Source: Dehalococcoidia bacterium (lineage in GTDB: Bacteria; Chloroflexota; Dehalococcoidia; Lucifugimonadales; JADFKI01). From it: a stretch of 64,000 nucleotides of DNA. The position numbers and the translations under genes were made by a program. Below the pieces are notes generated by a model. That model had not been told where the DNA came from, ran no database searches, and was given only the letters and a program-made list of their open reading frames with translations. The stretch spans positions 547,704 through 611,703 of the forward strand of contig OZ241333.1 of the NCBI GenBank assembly GCA_965200085.1, written 5' to 3'. Each line of letters starts with the position of its first letter. The first letter of the stretch is position 1. Below are positions 62,513-64,000 of this stretch, piece after piece.

Positions 62513-62773
62513 TCATCCCCACGCACGCCGCATATCATACACACTCAATACAACGACCAACAGCACAAGAACAGCACAGTACACTACATTCATCATGGAC
62601 AAAACTTGCCATGCCCAGTAACTCGCACCATAGGCTTCCATAGCAAACCGAAAAAACCAGTTGCCCGCAACACCGACTAAAATCAGCCCGCAAATGGTCA
62701 GCATGGCAACAACCGCCCTGGCAAGTACGTCAAAACACTTCCTCACAAAAGCGATTAGCGCAGGATGAAACAT
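62513..62773 (-). CDS. Small (86 aa) multi-TM membrane protein immediately upstream of the helicase
   Basis: VVAMLTICGLILVGVAGNWFF and MMNVVYCAVLVLLVVVLSVY are hydrophobic helices. No clear Shine-Dalgarno was seen, so the coding status is moderate. Confidence 0.45.
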   Translation of the reverse strand: MFHPALIAFVRKCFDVLARAVVAMLTICGLILVGVAGNWFFRFAMEAYGASYWAWQVLSMMNVVYCAVLVLLVVVLSVYDMRRAWG

Positions 62774-62802
62774 ACCCGAAAAGCCGCCGTCGCCAGCCAG
62801 CC

Positions 62803-64000
62803 CTACGACGTCCCCACCACCTCCTCATCCACCAGCGACTGCACCTGATCGTCCGAATAACCCAAAATATCCGACAGCAGCTCGCGCGTATGCTGCCCCA
62901 CCGTCGGCGCAGAACCCACCACCATCGGCGTGCGGCTGAACTTGATCGACTCGCCGCTCACCCACATCGTCCCAGCCACAGGATCCGGCACTTCCATCAT
63001 AATATCGCGCTCGTGCAGCTGCGGCTCGTTCGCTGCCTGCTCCGTCGTGTTCACCGGCGCGCAGGGTATGCTGTGCGCCGACAGGTCATCCACCGCCTGC
63101 TTCGTGCTGCGCTGCTTCAGCCATGCGCCAATCTCCCCCTCCAGCACATCCACATTCTCCGTCCGCGAATCCCTGCTCTGGAAGCGCGGATCCTCAAGCC
63201 ACTCAGGCTTGCCCAGCGCATCGCACACCCGCAGCCACATGTTATCGTTCCCCGCTGCCAGTATGACATAGCCGTCTGCCGTCTCGTACATGCCGCCGAA
63301 CGGCGTTCCCCCGCCTCCGACCGCCGAGTCCGGCCGCGTAGTCTCCACGCCGCCGCCCAGATACGCCGATATCGGGATCTCGTTTACAGTAAATCCTGTA
63401 TCCGCAAGGCAAACTTCAAGCGCCTGCCCCTCGCCTGATAATTCACGCTCACGCAGCGCCGCAAGCGCGCCAATGCAGGCATGCAGCGCAGTAATGCGGT
63501 CTATCAGCGGGAAGTACGTCTTAATCGGCGGCAGGTCGCCGTACCCCGTCAGCGACATAAGTCCGCCCATCGCCTGTCCTATAGGATCGAAGCCAACCTT
63601 ATCCCGATTAGGACCATACTGCCCATACGCCGACACATTTATCATAATAATCTTCGGATTAAGCTTCTTCAGCGTCTCATACCCAAAGCCCATAATGTCA
63701 ATTGTGCCGGGACGGAAGTTCTGCAAAAGAATGTCCGAAACTTTCACAAGATCGCGCAGCACCTCCTTGCCTTTATCAGTGCGAAGGTTAATCGCAAGGC
63801 TCTTCTTGCCGCTGTTATATTGCACCCAATATGCGGACTGCCCCCTCACTCTGGGACCATTGGCGCGGCTCTCATCGCCGCGCACCGACTCCACCTTGAT
63901 AACCTCAGCGCCCATCCGCGCGAACATCAGCGCACATCGCGGACCAGCCTGATATCGGCCCAAGTCCAGCACTCTTATGCCCTCAAGCGGCGTACTCAGT
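62803..64000 (-). CDS. Second family III (CaiB/BaiF-type) CoA-transferase, 5' end at or beyond the window edge
   Basis: The frame stays open to base 64000 (LSTPLEGIRVLDLGRYQAGPRCALMFARMGAEVIKVES). The track start at 63972 is the internal Val of the RVLDLG motif. Confidence 0.85.
   Translation of the reverse strand, partial: LSTPLEGIRVLDLGRYQAGPRCALMFARMGAEVIKVESVRGDESRANGPRVRGQSAYWVQYNSGKKSLAINLRTDKGKEVLRDLVKVSDILLQNFRPGTIDIMGFGYETLKKLNPKIIMINVSAYGQYGPNRDKVGFDPIGQAMGGLMSLTGYGDLPPIKTYFPLIDRITALHACIGALAALRERELSGEGQALEVCLADTGFTVNEIPISAYLGGGVETTRPDSAVGGGGTPFGGMYETADGYVILAAGNDNMWLRVCDALGKPEWLEDPRFQSRDSRTENVDVLEGEIGAWLKQRSTKQAVDDLSAHSIPCAPVNTTEQAANEPQLHERDIMMEVPDPVAGTMWVSGESIKFSRTPMVVGSAPTVGQHTRELLSDILGYSDDQVQSLVDEEVVGTS

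Overview
This is a 64-kb stretch of a moderately GC-rich bacterial chromosome. All calls come from reading the sequence and ORF track by eye and from motif recall; no searches were run and no GC values were computed.

Gene content: two family-III CoA-transferases, a crotonase, a GMC oxidoreductase, an FMN hydroxy-acid dehydrogenase, amidohydrolases, an RraA-like aldolase, an orphan molybdopterin hydroxylase subunit, and secreted proteins with Pro/Thr linkers and FN3 domains. This resembles a marine organotroph such as SAR202-type Chloroflexota, but that is inference only.

The window has three zones.

1. Bases 1-11.2 kb are a decaying accessory island next to tRNA-Pro(GGG).
- It holds an IS1-family element inserted into another transposase gene and a fragmented IS256-like transposase.
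- It holds a 268-bp internally deleted IS remnant with terminal inverted repeats.
- It holds an intact IS4-family element with 18-bp inverted repeats and a 10-11-bp target duplication.
- It holds a multiply frameshifted FN3-metzincin gene, a 560-aa secreted protein whose signal peptide is out of frame at a (TA)n tract, a DnaD-like replication gene, a GH32 stub and an AT-rich orphan PD-(D/E)XK-like gene.

2. Bases 11.4-43 kb carry mostly intact catabolic and housekeeping genes.
- These include lysA, rmuC, HAD hydrolases, an MBL hydrolase, a FAH-family protein, a dienelactone hydrolase, a TPP enzyme, an NHL propeller and others.
- One notable case is a YceI-DsbA fusion lipoprotein with an in-frame TGA exactly at the first Cys of the C-P-Y-C redox motif. 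It is a candidate selenoprotein with a downstream hairpin.

3. Bases 43-64 kb mix core genes with inserts that look more AT-rich.
- One insert is a PLD-nuclease / Zn-ribbon / PD-(D/E)XK three-gene cassette with no methyltransferase. This is my top candidate for an undescribed defence-type system.
- There is a circularly permuted ATP-grasp / transglutaminase / short alpha-E cluster, and a DUF3800 gene.
- A VWA protein sits with two membrane proteins, one built from six repeated 2-TM modules.
- A UvrD-like helicase with a tiny membrane protein is wedged into a co-directional catabolic gene string.

No rRNA, no CRISPR array and no obvious transcription factor were seen. Many long ORFs in the track are antisense or alternate-frame shadow ORFs of GC-rich genes and were not called.
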